Shown here piece by piece: positions 1 to 9,998 of a stretch of DNA of 64,000 bases. Source of the DNA: Candidatus Sumerlaeia bacterium (GTDB lineage Bacteria > Sumerlaeota > Sumerlaeia > SLMS01 > JANRJK01); contig JANRJK010000046.1 in NCBI GenBank assembly GCA_033764015.1, positions 32,001-96,000 of the forward strand, written 5' to 3'. The notes beneath the pieces were generated by a model, which saw only the letters and a list, made by a program, of their open reading frames with translations, was not told the DNA's origin and searched no databases. The position numbers were made by a program, and so were the translations under genes. Positions within the stretch are counted from its first letter, which is position 1; each line of letters starts with the position of its first letter.

Positions 1-680
1 CGCACCACACCGAACGCCTCCCGCAGCAGCAGCGGCGACGCCGGGTCGTTCTTCGCCGCCGCGGCGACCGGCGGCACCATGCTGAGCAGCACGCCCGCCA
101 CCACGCCGAGCACCGGCATGCTGAGGCTCTTCTTCACGGTCTCGAGCCAATGCGCCGGCTCGTCCCGGCGGTCGCTGACGAGGTACGTGCCGAGCGTCCA
201 CTGCAGCGGGCTCGTGGCGAAGATCGCCAGGCCGATGTAGACGAGCGCCTGCTCGCGCAGCTCCGGCGGCAGCACCGCCATCGCCATCGGGATCGGCAGG
301 TACATCGAGTTCTGGATCGCCACGACGGCGGAGATCGCGCGGTCCTGGGCGGGCGATTCGCCGGGGCGGAAGCGGAACCATATCTGCGTGAGGAGCGCGC
401 CGCCGACGATCCAGAAGACCGCCATCAGGATCACGATGGAGCCCTCCGTCAGCGCGGCGGGCGTGAAGCTGCGCGCCAGCGCCAGCACAAGCGTTAGCGG
501 CACGAACACGTCGACCGCGAAGCGCACCGCGAGCTTGAACTGGCGCTCCGTGATCTTCCCGAGCTTCATCGGCACGAAGCCGATCAGGCCCAGCAGGAAG
601 AGCTTGGCGATGGCCTTGAACGCGATGGCGAGGGCGTCGAGGAAAGCGTGGAGGCCCGCGTCGCCGGCGAGCGCCGTCAT
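1..680 (-). CDS. AEC (auxin efflux carrier) family transporter, runs off the window edge
   Basis: Manual translation from ATG at 680 (MTALAGDAGLHAFLDALAIAFKAIAKLFLLGLIGF...) is open to base 1, has many hydrophobic helices and an AEC-like 'QNSMYLPIPMA' segment; not in the ORF track because it has no stop. Confidence 0.65.
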   Translation of the reverse strand, partial: MTALAGDAGLHAFLDALAIAFKAIAKLFLLGLIGFVPMKLGKITERQFKLAVRFAVDVFVPLTLVLALARSFTPAALTEGSIVILMAVFWIVGGALLTQIWFRFRPGESPAQDRAISAVVAIQNSMYLPIPMAMAVLPPELREQALVYIGLAIFATSPLQWTLGTYLVSDRRDEPAHWLETVKKSLSMPVLGVVAGVLLSMVPPVAAAAKNDPASPLLLREAFGVV

Positions 681-726
681 GCCGCGGCGCGGAGGTGCCG
701 GAGCGGTCCGGCGGCGCGGGCGCGGA

Positions 727-2181
727 TCACTCCTTGTCGATCCGCTTCCAGACCGTCTCGCCGGGGCGGTCCTCGAGTGCGAAGCCGATCGCGCGCAGCC
801 GGTCGCGCACCAGGTCGCCGATGGCGAACTGCTTCGCCTTGCGCGATTCCGCTCGGACCTCGACCAGGAGCGCGAGGAGCTGCTCCGCGAGGCCCGACTC
901 GTCCAGCGGCGCGTCCTCGGGCTCGAGGTCCGCCGTGAGGCCCAGCACCCCGCGCAGGTCGCGCAGCAGCGCCAGCGCGTCCGCGAGCCGCCACAGCGCG
1001 GCGGTGTCGCCCTTGCGCGCCGCGTCCGCCAGGCTGTTCACCAGCGTGACCAGCCGGAAGAGCGCTCCGAGCGCCTCCGGCGTGTTGAAATCGTCGTCCA
1101 TGGCGGCGCCGAACTGCGCCTCGAGCGAGGCGAGCTCCTCGTCGCGCTGCCAGTCGCCCAGCGGCTGCGCGGCCTTGTCGAGCAGCGCCGCCGCCTCGTT
1201 GTCGCACTGCGCCAGGCGGCGCGCGGCGGACTTCGCGCTGTGCAGCGCGTCGTCCGTCACGTCGTGCGGCGAACGGTAGTGCGCCCACATCAGGAAGAGG
1301 CGCAGCGTCAGCGAATCCACACGCTTCAGCACCTCGTCGATGTTCAGCACGTTGCCGAGCGACTTCGACATCTTCTCGCCCTGGATGTTCAGGAAGCCGT
1401 TGTGCAGCCAGTAGCGGGCGAACGGCTTGCCGGAGAGCGCCTCCGCCTGCGCGATCTCGTTCTCGTGGTGCGGGAACTGCAGGTCCACCCCGCCCCCGTG
1501 GATGTCGATCGTGTCGCCCAGGATTTCGTGCACCATGCAGGAGCACTCGATATGCCACCCCGGGCGGCCCATGCCCCAGGGGGACTCCCACGCGGGTTCG
1601 CCCTCCTTCGCGCCCTTCCACAGCGCGAAATCGAGCGGGCTCTTCTTCAGCCGCTGCTGCGCCTCGTTCACGCGCTCGCCCTGCGCCATCTGGTCCAGCG
1701 GCTTCTTCGACAGCTTGCCGTACTCCGGGAACGACGCGACCTCGAACCAGACCGAGCCGTCGTCCGTGGCGTAGGCGTGCCCCTTGGCGATGAGCGCCTC
1801 GATCGAGGCGATCATCTCGGGGATGAACTGCGTCGCCCGCGGGTGGTCCGTGGCGGACAGGTTCCCGAGGCGCTCGAGGTAGTGCAGGAAGAGGCCGGCG
1901 TAGTGCTCCGCCACCTCGGCGGGGGGCCGCCCCTCCTCGACCGACTTGGCGATGATCTTGTCGTCCACGTCGGTGATGTTCATGACGAAATGGACGCGGT
2001 AGCCGCGGTGGATGAACCAGCGGCGCACCACGTCCATCACGACGAAGTTGCGCGCGTTGCCGATGTGGAACGGCGCGTAGACCGTTGGTCCGCAGTTGTA
2101 GAAGCGGACCGGCGCCTCCGGGCGTACGGGGACGAACTGCTCCTTCGCGCGCGCCAGGCTGTTGTAGAGGTGGATGCTCAT
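727..2181 (-). CDS. cysS: cysteine--tRNA ligase
   Basis: CGPTVY..HIGNAR, NITDVDDKII, DFALWK, GRPGWHIECS, DIHGGGVDLQFPHHENE, KMSKS motifs. Confidence 0.98.
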   Translation of the reverse strand: MSIHLYNSLARAKEQFVPVRPEAPVRFYNCGPTVYAPFHIGNARNFVVMDVVRRWFIHRGYRVHFVMNITDVDDKIIAKSVEEGRPPAEVAEHYAGLFLHYLERLGNLSATDHPRATQFIPEMIASIEALIAKGHAYATDDGSVWFEVASFPEYGKLSKKPLDQMAQGERVNEAQQRLKKSPLDFALWKGAKEGEPAWESPWGMGRPGWHIECSCMVHEILGDTIDIHGGGVDLQFPHHENEIAQAEALSGKPFARYWLHNGFLNIQGEKMSKSLGNVLNIDEVLKRVDSLTLRLFLMWAHYRSPHDVTDDALHSAKSAARRLAQCDNEAAALLDKAAQPLGDWQRDEELASLEAQFGAAMDDDFNTPEALGALFRLVTLVNSLADAARKGDTAALWRLADALALLRDLRGVLGLTADLEPEDAPLDESGLAEQLLALLVEVRAESRKAKQFAIGDLVRDRLRAIGFALEDRPGETVWKRIDKE

Positions 2182-2214
2182 CGTGTCCCGCCCCCGTCCG
2201 GAGCGGCCGCCGCC

Positions 2215-2856
2215 TTACTTCTTGTCGTCTTCCTCGTCCTCGTCGTCGCCTTCCTCGTCCTCGTACTCCTCGTCCTCGTCCTCGAGGTCGTCCTCGGAGT
2301 CCTCGTCCATGAAGAAGTCGTCGGCGAACTCCTCCGCGTCGTCGTACCAGCAGGAGACGGTCATGCCCTCCTCGTCGTCCTCCTCCTCCTCCTCGTCATC
2401 GAGGGGCTCCTTCGGGAGGTCGGTGACGAGCAGGCCGCACTCGAACAGGCTGCCGAACGCGTACGCGATCACGCAGCCCGCGAACGAGTCGGTCTCGGTG
2501 TCGTCGAACTCGACGGTGACGTCCAGGACGTTGCCGTCGAAGACCTCCTGCAGCTCGGCGGCCTGGCCGACGACCTCGTCGACGAGCTGCTGCGCCTCCT
2601 CGTCGCGCTCCGTGCGCAGCACGGCGGCGGCGCGCACGTGGCCGGTCTCGGGCTTCGCGCCCTCCTCCGGGCTGATCGTCAGCGTGTAGTGGACGACGGG
2701 GCCCTCGCCCTTCTTCTCGGCGACAGTCGCGGGCATGCCCATCTGTTCCTTGAGGAATTCGGTCAGCGCCTTGGCGGTGGGCAGCTTGTCAGCGGAGGGG
2801 AACAGCCAGATGGCGGGCATCCGAGGGGCCTTTGGTCGGGGAGTTGTTGTCGACAA
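2215..2856 (-). CDS. hypothetical protein with very acidic C-terminus (start may be 2820)
   Basis: High-GC3 ORF directly upstream of cysS; long D/E runs. Confidence 0.75.
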   Translation of the reverse strand: MSTTTPRPKAPRMPAIWLFPSADKLPTAKALTEFLKEQMGMPATVAEKKGEGPVVHYTLTISPEEGAKPETGHVRAAAVLRTERDEEAQQLVDEVVGQAAELQEVFDGNVLDVTVEFDDTETDSFAGCVIAYAFGSLFECGLLVTDLPKEPLDDEEEEEDDEEGMTVSCWYDDAEEFADDFFMDEDSEDDLEDEDEEYEDEEGDDEDEEDDKK

Positions 2857-2937
2857 CAGTTGTGGAGTCTCGCCCGGCGGGCGGCGCGGTCAACCGCGGA
2901 CTTCGGGACGGCGGCGGGGGCCAGCCGCCGCCCGCAC

Positions 2938-3705
2938 TCACAGCCCCTGCCACTCCTCCGTCTGGAGCAGCGCCTCGAAGTGCGGCGCGACCAGGTCGCA
3001 GTGCCCCGCGAGCTCCTCCGGCGTGTGCATGGTGGCGATGCCGACGGAGGGGCAGCCCGCTTTGCGCGCCGCCTCGAGGCCGTGCAGCGAGTCCTCGAAC
3101 ACGAGGCACTCGTGCGGCTGGAGGCCGAGCTGCGCGACGCACGAAAGGAAGATGTCGGGGGCGGGCTTGCTGATGGGGACGTCCTGCTGCGAGACGGTGA
3201 CGGGGAAGAGGCGGCGGACGCCGAAGTGGCCCAGGACGGTTTCGACGTTGCGGCGCGGCGAGCTGCTGCCGACGGCGAGGCCGAACCCGCGCGAACGCGC
3301 CCGCGCGATCACGGAATAGAAGCCGTCGAGCGGCGGGATTTCGCCCGCGCGCAGCCGCTGGAGGAAGTGCTCCTCCTTGTCCTCGCCCATGCGCAGGATG
3401 AACTCGCGGTCGTGCGCGTGCTCGGGGAAAAAAAGCGGCAGCACATCGAGGTTCGAGCGCCCGAAGTAGTCGCGCATGAACGTTTCCTCGTCCAGCGGGA
3501 TGCCGTTCTTGCGCGCCCACAGCAGCCACGCGTCGCGGTGCGCGTGCTGCGTGTCGGCGATGACGCCGTCCATGTCGAAAATCAGCGCGCGGAGGGCGCG
3601 TCCGCGGAACGTGAAGGGCTGCGCGGCGGCGGCGTCGAACGGTTCGGTGGCTTGGGTCACGGGTGCCGGGATGTCCAGGGTCTGCATGGGCGTTGCGCTT
3701 TCCAT
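2938..3705 (-). CDS. HAD-superfamily phosphatase (beta-phosphoglucomutase-like)
   Basis: IFDMDGVIAD motif I, GSSS motif II, KPAPDIF, FEDS..G motif IV. Confidence 0.9.
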   Translation of the reverse strand: MESATPMQTLDIPAPVTQATEPFDAAAAQPFTFRGRALRALIFDMDGVIADTQHAHRDAWLLWARKNGIPLDEETFMRDYFGRSNLDVLPLFFPEHAHDREFILRMGEDKEEHFLQRLRAGEIPPLDGFYSVIARARSRGFGLAVGSSSPRRNVETVLGHFGVRRLFPVTVSQQDVPISKPAPDIFLSCVAQLGLQPHECLVFEDSLHGLEAARKAGCPSVGIATMHTPEELAGHCDLVAPHFEALLQTEEWQGL

Positions 3706-4050
3706 CGTGCCCCGTTGGATCGGATACAGGGCAACAGCGTTGGTTGCTGCGGCGCGGGAGGGAAGAACCGCAAGGGGTGAATGCGCAGGCGGCGCCCGGT
3801 CTTCTATCGCGCGTCGAGGTCCGCCGCGGCGGAGCGCATGGCGCGCACGATTCCGCGGGCGCTGGTGGAATCGACGCCGGGAAGGCTGGCGAACTGCTCG
3901 AACGGCGGGATGCGGTGGGCGGAGGGGCCGAGGAGGAGGTGGATCAGGCCTAACGGAATCAATTCTCACCCGGTGAAACGGGTTGACACCGCCGATTTGG
4001 TTTTATGTTCTTCTCACATGAAGGATGCATTCACAACAGGAAACACTAGC

Positions 4051-4728
4051 ATGGACCCTCGCAAGCTGTTTTTCGACCAGCGCCTAGGTCAACACTGTAT
4101 TCTGTGTGGAGATGTCCCAAACTCTAGAGATCACTGTCCGCCAAAGGCCCTCTTAGATGAGCCCTATCCGCCCAATCTTCCTGTTGTCCCAATGTGCGAA
4201 ACGTGCAATAATGCCTTTTCGGGCGATGAGCTGTACTTGGCTTGTCTAGTAGACAAAGCGCTGGTACTGAGTTCACTCGGGCAACAAAGTCATCGTAAGA
4301 AGGTAGATCGCTGGCTCGTCGAACAACCAGCGATGGCAACACGTTTGCATGAGCAACTTCCGATGCACCCTATTCGAACTGGCATGTTGGAATCCGACAG
4401 AGTCATGAGAGTCCTTCTCAAGGTGGCGCGTGGCCATTTTTGGTACGAAATGGCGGAGTTTGCAGAGGAGACGCCAGCATTTATGGGCATCAAGCTGTTT
4501 GCGGAGATGGATAGTGGAGAGATGGAAGCATTCGAGGCCTTTTCAGGGGAGTGTCGCATTCTTCCTGAGATAGGTTCAAGGTCGTTTCTAGAATGCATAA
4601 GCGAATCCGAGGGTATAGTCCCCACGCCATGGAGGGTCATTCAGGAGGGTCGGTATCGCTATCGCGTCGTCGAGTCACGAGTCGCGATCGTCCTAAGCGA
4701 GTTCATTGCGTGTGAAGTGATTTGGTAG
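4051..4728 (+). CDS. HNH-type zinc-binding endonuclease-like protein
   Basis: CILCG..SRDHCPPK..NLPVVPMCETCNN (CxxC...DH...CxxCN); visibly lower GC than flanks; alternative start 4018. Confidence 0.7.
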   Translation: MDPRKLFFDQRLGQHCILCGDVPNSRDHCPPKALLDEPYPPNLPVVPMCETCNNAFSGDELYLACLVDKALVLSSLGQQSHRKKVDRWLVEQPAMATRLHEQLPMHPIRTGMLESDRVMRVLLKVARGHFWYEMAEFAEETPAFMGIKLFAEMDSGEMEAFEAFSGECRILPEIGSRSFLECISESEGIVPTPWRVIQEGRYRYRVVESRVAIVLSEFIACEVIW

Positions 4729-5190
4729 CGCCGATGGCAACTGAAAAGGTATCCGCCTACTGATTATGACCAAGGCATCGGCAACGCCATTGTGGCCAGC
4801 CGATTCATTCATCTTTCCCTCACATGCCGTCGCTTTTTGGTCGGCAGCCAAAGTCTGCTTGTTGAATCTCGATGCAACTCATCGCCACAAAGTCAAGGTG
4901 TGAAGAATGGGAATACATGCTTTGGCATGCAGAATTTACTTCAAACGCACAACTTTTTCGGTGTTGGCCTCGAGTCGCTGCGGGATAAGTCAATTCTGAG
5001 ATCGGGCAGGCCCCAAAGCGCTTCAGCGGGAGGTTGAAGGGGGGATCATCAACGGTGGGGCCGGTTAACCGGTGTCTCCGCCCTCTCAGCGCGCCGACAC
5101 CACCAATCAAGCGTTGTCCCCCGCGCCCCGCGTGGCCGTTCATTGCGATGGGTGGCGACCGCGCCCCCGCATCCCTTGTCCAGGCCGATC

Positions 5191-6897
5191 ATGACCCAGC
5201 CACTCCTCGCCACACTCCCGAACCGCCCCGGCGCCCTCCGCGCCATCCCGTTGGGAGGCTTCGGCGAGTTCGGCATGAACTGCATGCTCATCGAGTACGG
5301 CGGCGAATTCCTCATGATCGACTGCGGCCAGATGATGCCGGGCGAGGAGCTGCCCGGCGTCGACTCCGTGATCCCCGACTTCCGCTTCATCGAGGAGCGC
5401 GCCGACGCGCTGAAGGGCATCTGGATCACGCACGCGCACGAGGACCACGTCGGCGCGCTCGCCTACCTGCTCCCCAAGCTTTCGCCCAAGATCCCCGTCT
5501 ACGCCGGCGAATTCACCGCCGCCCTGCTGCGCGAGAAGCTCCGCGAGGACGGCATCGAGCCCCGCTTCACCGTCTACGAGGGGCGCCGCCGCTACCGCAT
5601 CGGCGCCTCCTTCGAGGTCGAGCCGGTGGCCGTCACGCACTCCACCATGGACACCTTCGCCGCCGTCGTGCGCACGCCCGCCGGCGTCATCGTCCACAGC
5701 GCCGACTACAAGATCGACCCCTCGCCGCCGGACGGCGTCGCGTTCGACCACTACGCCTTCGCGCGCTACGCGGAGGAGGGGGGCGACGGCGTGCTCGCGC
5801 TCTTCAACGACTCGACGAACGCGGACCGCCGCGGAAGCTGCCCCAGCGAGATCGAGGTGGTGCCGCGCCTGCGCCAGCTCATCCGCGAGGCCGAGGGCAT
5901 GGTGATCCTGTCCTGCTTCTCGAGCGCGCTGCACCGCATCCAGACCGTGATGAACATCGCGGCCGACGCGGGGCGCACGGTCTTCGCCGCCGGCCTCAAC
6001 ATGGAACGCGTGATCCGCGTGGCGTCGGAGCTCGAGTACCTCGACATCCGCTGCCGCTACGAGGCCGACCTGCGGGCCCTCGAAACGGTGCCGCGCCACA
6101 AGCGCCTGGTGCTCACCACCGGCAGCCAGGGCGAGGCCATGTCCGCCCTTTCGCGCATCTCCCTCGGCACGCACAAGTTCGTCAAGGCGCAGCCGGGCGA
6201 CACGGCGATCCTTTCCGCGCGCATGATCCCCGGCAACGAGCGCGCCATCTACACGATGCTCAACAACCTCTGCAAGTGCGGCATCCACGTCCACGACGAG
6301 CGCTCCACGCCCGGCATCCACGTCAGCGGCCACGCCTACCGCGACGACTTGAAGACGCTCATCAACCTCACGAACCCAAAGTACCTCGTCCCGATGCACG
6401 GCGAATTCCGCCAGCTCCAGACGCACCGCCAGATCGGCCTCGAACTCGGCTTCGAGCCGCAGGAGGTGCTCATGCTCGAGACGGGCGACTGCCTCGAATT
6501 CATGAACGGCGCCGCGCGCGTGATCGGCAAGGTGCCCCACGGGCGCGTGCTCGTGGACGGCAAGGGCATCGGCGACGTCGGCGAGGTGGTGCTCCGCGAC
6601 CGGCGCACGCTCGCGCAGGACGGCACCGTCTTCGTCACGCTCGCCATCGACACGGAAACCGGCGAGGTGCTCTCGGGCCCCGACATCGTGAGCCGCGGCT
6701 TCATCCACGAGGACGAGAACGAGGCCCTCCTGGCGGAGGCGCGCCAGGTGGTGCTCGATGCGATCCAGTCGGAGAACCCCGGCAACCTCGAGGACCTCTC
6801 GGTGGTGCAGGCGGCGGTCAAGAAGGCGCTCCGCAAGCTCTTCAAGCAGCGCACGGAGCGCTTCCCCATGATCCTGCCCGTCGTCCTCGAGGTGTGA
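5191..6897 (+). CDS. rnj: ribonuclease J
   Basis: PLGGFGEFGMN, THAHEDHVG (MBL motif), DSTNA, TGSQGE, IHVSGHA, PMHGE, C-terminal PMILPVVLEV. Confidence 0.96.
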   Translation: MTQPLLATLPNRPGALRAIPLGGFGEFGMNCMLIEYGGEFLMIDCGQMMPGEELPGVDSVIPDFRFIEERADALKGIWITHAHEDHVGALAYLLPKLSPKIPVYAGEFTAALLREKLREDGIEPRFTVYEGRRRYRIGASFEVEPVAVTHSTMDTFAAVVRTPAGVIVHSADYKIDPSPPDGVAFDHYAFARYAEEGGDGVLALFNDSTNADRRGSCPSEIEVVPRLRQLIREAEGMVILSCFSSALHRIQTVMNIAADAGRTVFAAGLNMERVIRVASELEYLDIRCRYEADLRALETVPRHKRLVLTTGSQGEAMSALSRISLGTHKFVKAQPGDTAILSARMIPGNERAIYTMLNNLCKCGIHVHDERSTPGIHVSGHAYRDDLKTLINLTNPKYLVPMHGEFRQLQTHRQIGLELGFEPQEVLMLETGDCLEFMNGAARVIGKVPHGRVLVDGKGIGDVGEVVLRDRRTLAQDGTVFVTLAIDTETGEVLSGPDIVSRGFIHEDENEALLAEARQVVLDAIQSENPGNLEDLSVVQAAVKKALRKLFKQRTERFPMILPVVLEV

Positions 6898-6904
6898 CGC
6901 GGAG

Positions 6905-7306
6905 ATGGCGCGGCGCGTCGAGGTGGTGGCGGCGCTGATCCGCCGCGGGGAGCGCTACCTGGTGAACCAGCGGCCCGAGGGCTCCTGGGGCGCCGGCCGG
7001 TGGGAGTTCCCCGGCGGCAAGGTCGAGCCCGGCGAGACCCCCGAGCAGTCGCTCGCCCGCGAATGCCGCGAGGAGATCGGCGTCGAGGTCCGCGTCGGCG
7101 CCCTCGCCGCGCGCATCGAGCACGACTACCCGGACCGCCGCGTGGCGCTGCTGTTCCACGACTGCGAGATCGCCGCCGGCGAGCCCGCCGCCCAGGAGGG
7201 CAACGCCCTCGCCTGGGCCACGCCCGCCGAAATGGACTCCATCGCGATCCTCGAGGCCGACCGCCCCGTGGTCGAACTCCTCAAGCGCCGGGGCGCCCAG
7301 CCATGA
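6905..7306 (+). CDS. mutT: NUDIX (MutT-like) dNTP pyrophosphohydrolase
   Basis: WEFPGGKVEPGETPEQSLARECREEIG Nudix box. Confidence 0.85.
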   Translation: MARRVEVVAALIRRGERYLVNQRPEGSWGAGRWEFPGGKVEPGETPEQSLARECREEIGVEVRVGALAARIEHDYPDRRVALLFHDCEIAAGEPAAQEGNALAWATPAEMDSIAILEADRPVVELLKRRGAQP

Positions 7307-8325
7307 GCATCAACTTCGGAACCGAGAACATCGTCTTCGTCCCGCCCGGCGGGCTGCTGCGCGTGTACGACCTGCAGCGCTGGCAGGTGCTCGCCGTGGA
7401 CGCGCTCCACGCGGTCCTCGCCGCGACGCCCACCGGCGCGGACGCGTTCTCCGCCAAGCTCGAGTCCTCGCTCGGGACGCTCCGCGCCTCGAAGCGCTTC
7501 TCGCCGCGCGCGGCCGAGTTCGGCGCGCTCGGCGCCGAGCTGGACGAGGCGCTGCTCTCCCGCCCGCGCGACGCGGACCCGGAGGCCGCCGGCCTCGCCG
7601 AGCGGCTCGCCGCCGAGGGCTTCGTGCTTTGGGCCCGCGTCTCCGACGCCCCGGCGGAGTCCTTCGCAGAGGAGGACTACGACGAGCACCAGGGCGCCGC
7701 CCCGGGTCCCGGCCGGTCGCTGCCCCTCTACGGCTCGCTCCACATCGAACGCATGGACGACTTCGAGTCCGCCGTGCCGCGCGTCGGGGCCGAAGCGCCG
7801 TTCGTGCTCACGGCGCCGGAGGAGCGCGGCTTCGCGGTCGCGCCGATCCCGGTCGAGGAGCCGCTGCCGCTCGTCCACGAGTTCTGCGGCGCGCGCGGCG
7901 CCTCCTCGCGCGGCAACTCCGTGAACCTGTCGCCGAAGGTTTCCGTCGAGCCGGAGCACATCCTCTGCGCGCCGCTGCACCGCGTTGGCCGTTCGTTCTT
8001 CGCGACGCTCTACGGGCACCTCTCCGCGCCGGCGGGCCCGCCGGTGCTGGCGAAGCTGGACCCGCGCGCGATGCGCGCGGTGGCGGCGGTGCTCGAGCGG
8101 TCGCGCTACGAAGCGCCCGCGGGAGGCGCCGACTGGCGCTGCTACCGCCGCGGCGGCGACGCGGTGCACCTGTACTACGGATTGCCGGGGAAGGAGTCCG
8201 ACGGCGTCTTCGCGCTGCCGGGCTTCGCGGTCGCGGCGTCGGCGGACGGCAGCCACCTCGCGGAGCCGCGCGCCGAGCTGCTGCGCATGCTGCTCGACGC
8301 GGCGCTCGGGGCGCAGCAGCAGTGA
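7303..8325 (+). CDS. hypothetical protein
   Basis: ATGA overlap with the upstream gene and GTGA overlap with the downstream gene; typical codon usage. Confidence 0.7.
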   Translation: MSINFGTENIVFVPPGGLLRVYDLQRWQVLAVDALHAVLAATPTGADAFSAKLESSLGTLRASKRFSPRAAEFGALGAELDEALLSRPRDADPEAAGLAERLAAEGFVLWARVSDAPAESFAEEDYDEHQGAAPGPGRSLPLYGSLHIERMDDFESAVPRVGAEAPFVLTAPEERGFAVAPIPVEEPLPLVHEFCGARGASSRGNSVNLSPKVSVEPEHILCAPLHRVGRSFFATLYGHLSAPAGPPVLAKLDPRAMRAVAAVLERSRYEAPAGGADWRCYRRGGDAVHLYYGLPGKESDGVFALPGFAVAASADGSHLAEPRAELLRMLLDAALGAQQQ

Positions 8326-9914
8326 CCGCGCCGGCCGGCGGCCTGCGGCGCGACGGCATCGAGTTCCGCGCCATGCGGCTCGGACCGCTCGCCATCGCGT
8401 GCGCCTGGGTCGCCGCGCTCGCCTGGGCGAACCGCAACGTCGTCATCGACGACCCCTGGATCACGTTCCGCTACGCGCGCAACCTGCTCGACGGGCACGG
8501 CTTCGCCTTCAACCCGGGCGATCCGCTCGAAGGCTACAGCAACTTCCTCTGGGTGCTCCTGTCGGCGCTTTCGCTCGCGCTGAACGTCGAGCCGCTCGAC
8601 ACGGCGCGGGCGGTCTCCGCCCTGGCGGCGTTCGGGCTGCTCGCGCTGCTCTGCTTCGTGGCGCCGGGCATGCATCCGGGGCGCGACGAGCCGCGCCGCC
8701 CGCACGGCAGCCTGCTTGCGACGCTCCTGCTGGGCTCGTGCTATCCGCTGGCGGCGTGGGTGGCGGGCGGCCTCGAAACGGTGGCGCAGGCGTTCCTCGC
8801 CATGGCGCTGGCGGTGGCGAGCGCGGCGGCGGTGGACCGCGGTTCGCGCCTGGCCGCGGCGTGCGCCTTCGCCGCGCTCTCCGCGCTGCTGCTGCTCCGC
8901 CCCGAGGGCCCGATGTACGCCGCGGTCCCGGTCGTGGCGCTGGGGCTCGCGCTCTTCGGGTCCGCGGAGCGCCGCGCCGGCGCCAAGCCGCTCGCCGCCG
9001 CGCTCCTCGGCGCGGCCGTGGTGCTCGCCCTCTACACCTGGTGGCGCCACGCCACCTTCGGAACCATCGTGGCCAACACCGTTTCCGCCAAGATCGGCGG
9101 CGACCCGCTGGCGGCGGCCCGCAGCGGGCTGCGCTACCTCGGCGGCTACTTCCTCGGCGCGCCGGCGCTGCTGCTCGCCTTCGCCGCGGCGGGCGCCTGG
9201 CGCGCGTGGCGACACCGCTCCGAGGCGGATCCGGTGTTCGCCCTCGCGGGCGCGCTTGCGGCGCTGCAGCTCTCCTTCGCGGTCGCGGTCGGCGGCGACT
9301 GGATGCCGGGCTACCGCTTCCTGGTGCCGGCGCTGGCGCCGCTCTGCCTGCTCGCCGCGTTCGGCCTCGGCATGGCGCCCAAGTTCGCCGCCGGCGTCGC
9401 CGCCCTCTTCCTCATGCTCGCGGGGGTTCTCGACGCGAAGAACGACAAGGGGGTGCCGGCACTCGCGGTCGGGCTCAGCACCGCGCGCTGGGTCGCCGAC
9501 GGGCGCCCCCTGGTGCAGCCGCTCGTCGACATCGGCTGGGAGCTCCGCGCCCTCTCCCAGGCCGACGACACCATCGCCATGTCCGAGGCCGGCGTGGTGC
9601 CCTACTACTCGGGCCTCCGCCTGATCGACATGCTGGGCCTCGTGGACCGCGAGATCGCAGAGGGCGACGGCGGCCTCCACGCGGAGTACGACGCCGACTC
9701 GGTGCTGCGCCGCGCGCCGCGCTTCATCCTCCTCGGCTTCACCGACACGCCCGCCGGCCCGGCCCCCACCTGGCCCCCGGACCGCCAGATGTGTGAGCAC
9801 CCACGCTTCCGCGAGGAGTACGCGGAGCTGCGCCAGTGGCCCCGCTGGATGACCGACGGCTTCGGCGGGCGCCTGCAGGGGCGCATGGTGCTCTACGAGC
9901 GCGGCCGCCCGTAG
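8322..9914 (+). CDS. GT-C fold polytopic membrane glycosyltransferase (arabinofuranosyltransferase-like)
   Basis: IDDPWITFRYARNL..G..FNPGD..EGYSNFLW, GGLET, RPEG, GGDWM..YRFLVP, IDMLGLVD motifs; many TM helices. Confidence 0.75.
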   Translation: MTAPAGGLRRDGIEFRAMRLGPLAIACAWVAALAWANRNVVIDDPWITFRYARNLLDGHGFAFNPGDPLEGYSNFLWVLLSALSLALNVEPLDTARAVSALAAFGLLALLCFVAPGMHPGRDEPRRPHGSLLATLLLGSCYPLAAWVAGGLETVAQAFLAMALAVASAAAVDRGSRLAAACAFAALSALLLLRPEGPMYAAVPVVALGLALFGSAERRAGAKPLAAALLGAAVVLALYTWWRHATFGTIVANTVSAKIGGDPLAAARSGLRYLGGYFLGAPALLLAFAAAGAWRAWRHRSEADPVFALAGALAALQLSFAVAVGGDWMPGYRFLVPALAPLCLLAAFGLGMAPKFAAGVAALFLMLAGVLDAKNDKGVPALAVGLSTARWVADGRPLVQPLVDIGWELRALSQADDTIAMSEAGVVPYYSGLRLIDMLGLVDREIAEGDGGLHAEYDADSVLRRAPRFILLGFTDTPAGPAPTWPPDRQMCEHPRFREEYAELRQWPRWMTDGFGGRLQGRMVLYERGRP

Positions 9915-9998
9915 GCCGCGCGGCCCCCGCCGCCTTGACGCTCACCGCGGCGTCCGCGCAACCTCGCCGCACCCCTTCCCCCCCGACGGACCCCGCAG

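Noticed and set aside
2215..2400. (TCC/TCG)n-like repeats here and at 61007-61240
   Set aside because: They are Asp/Glu codon runs within CDSs, not CRISPR or independent repeats
3428..3434. A7 tract in the HAD phosphatase as a phase-variation site
   Set aside because: Short, in frame, and simply encodes Leu-Phe-Phe
388..3780. Very long alternative-frame or antisense ORFs (388..3780, 26476..29247, 33986..37324, 34681..39603, 40052..44224 and many others)
   Set aside because: They shadow well-supported genes, are Arg/Ala/Pro-rich or lack motifs, and are expected from stop-codon scarcity at high GC
5044..5120. attC-like pattern (..CAAC...GTTG..) after the HNH islet, and GCCTAAC near 3948
   Set aside because: Poor match to RYYYAAC/GTTRRRY, weak internal symmetry, not repeated, and no integron integrase in the window
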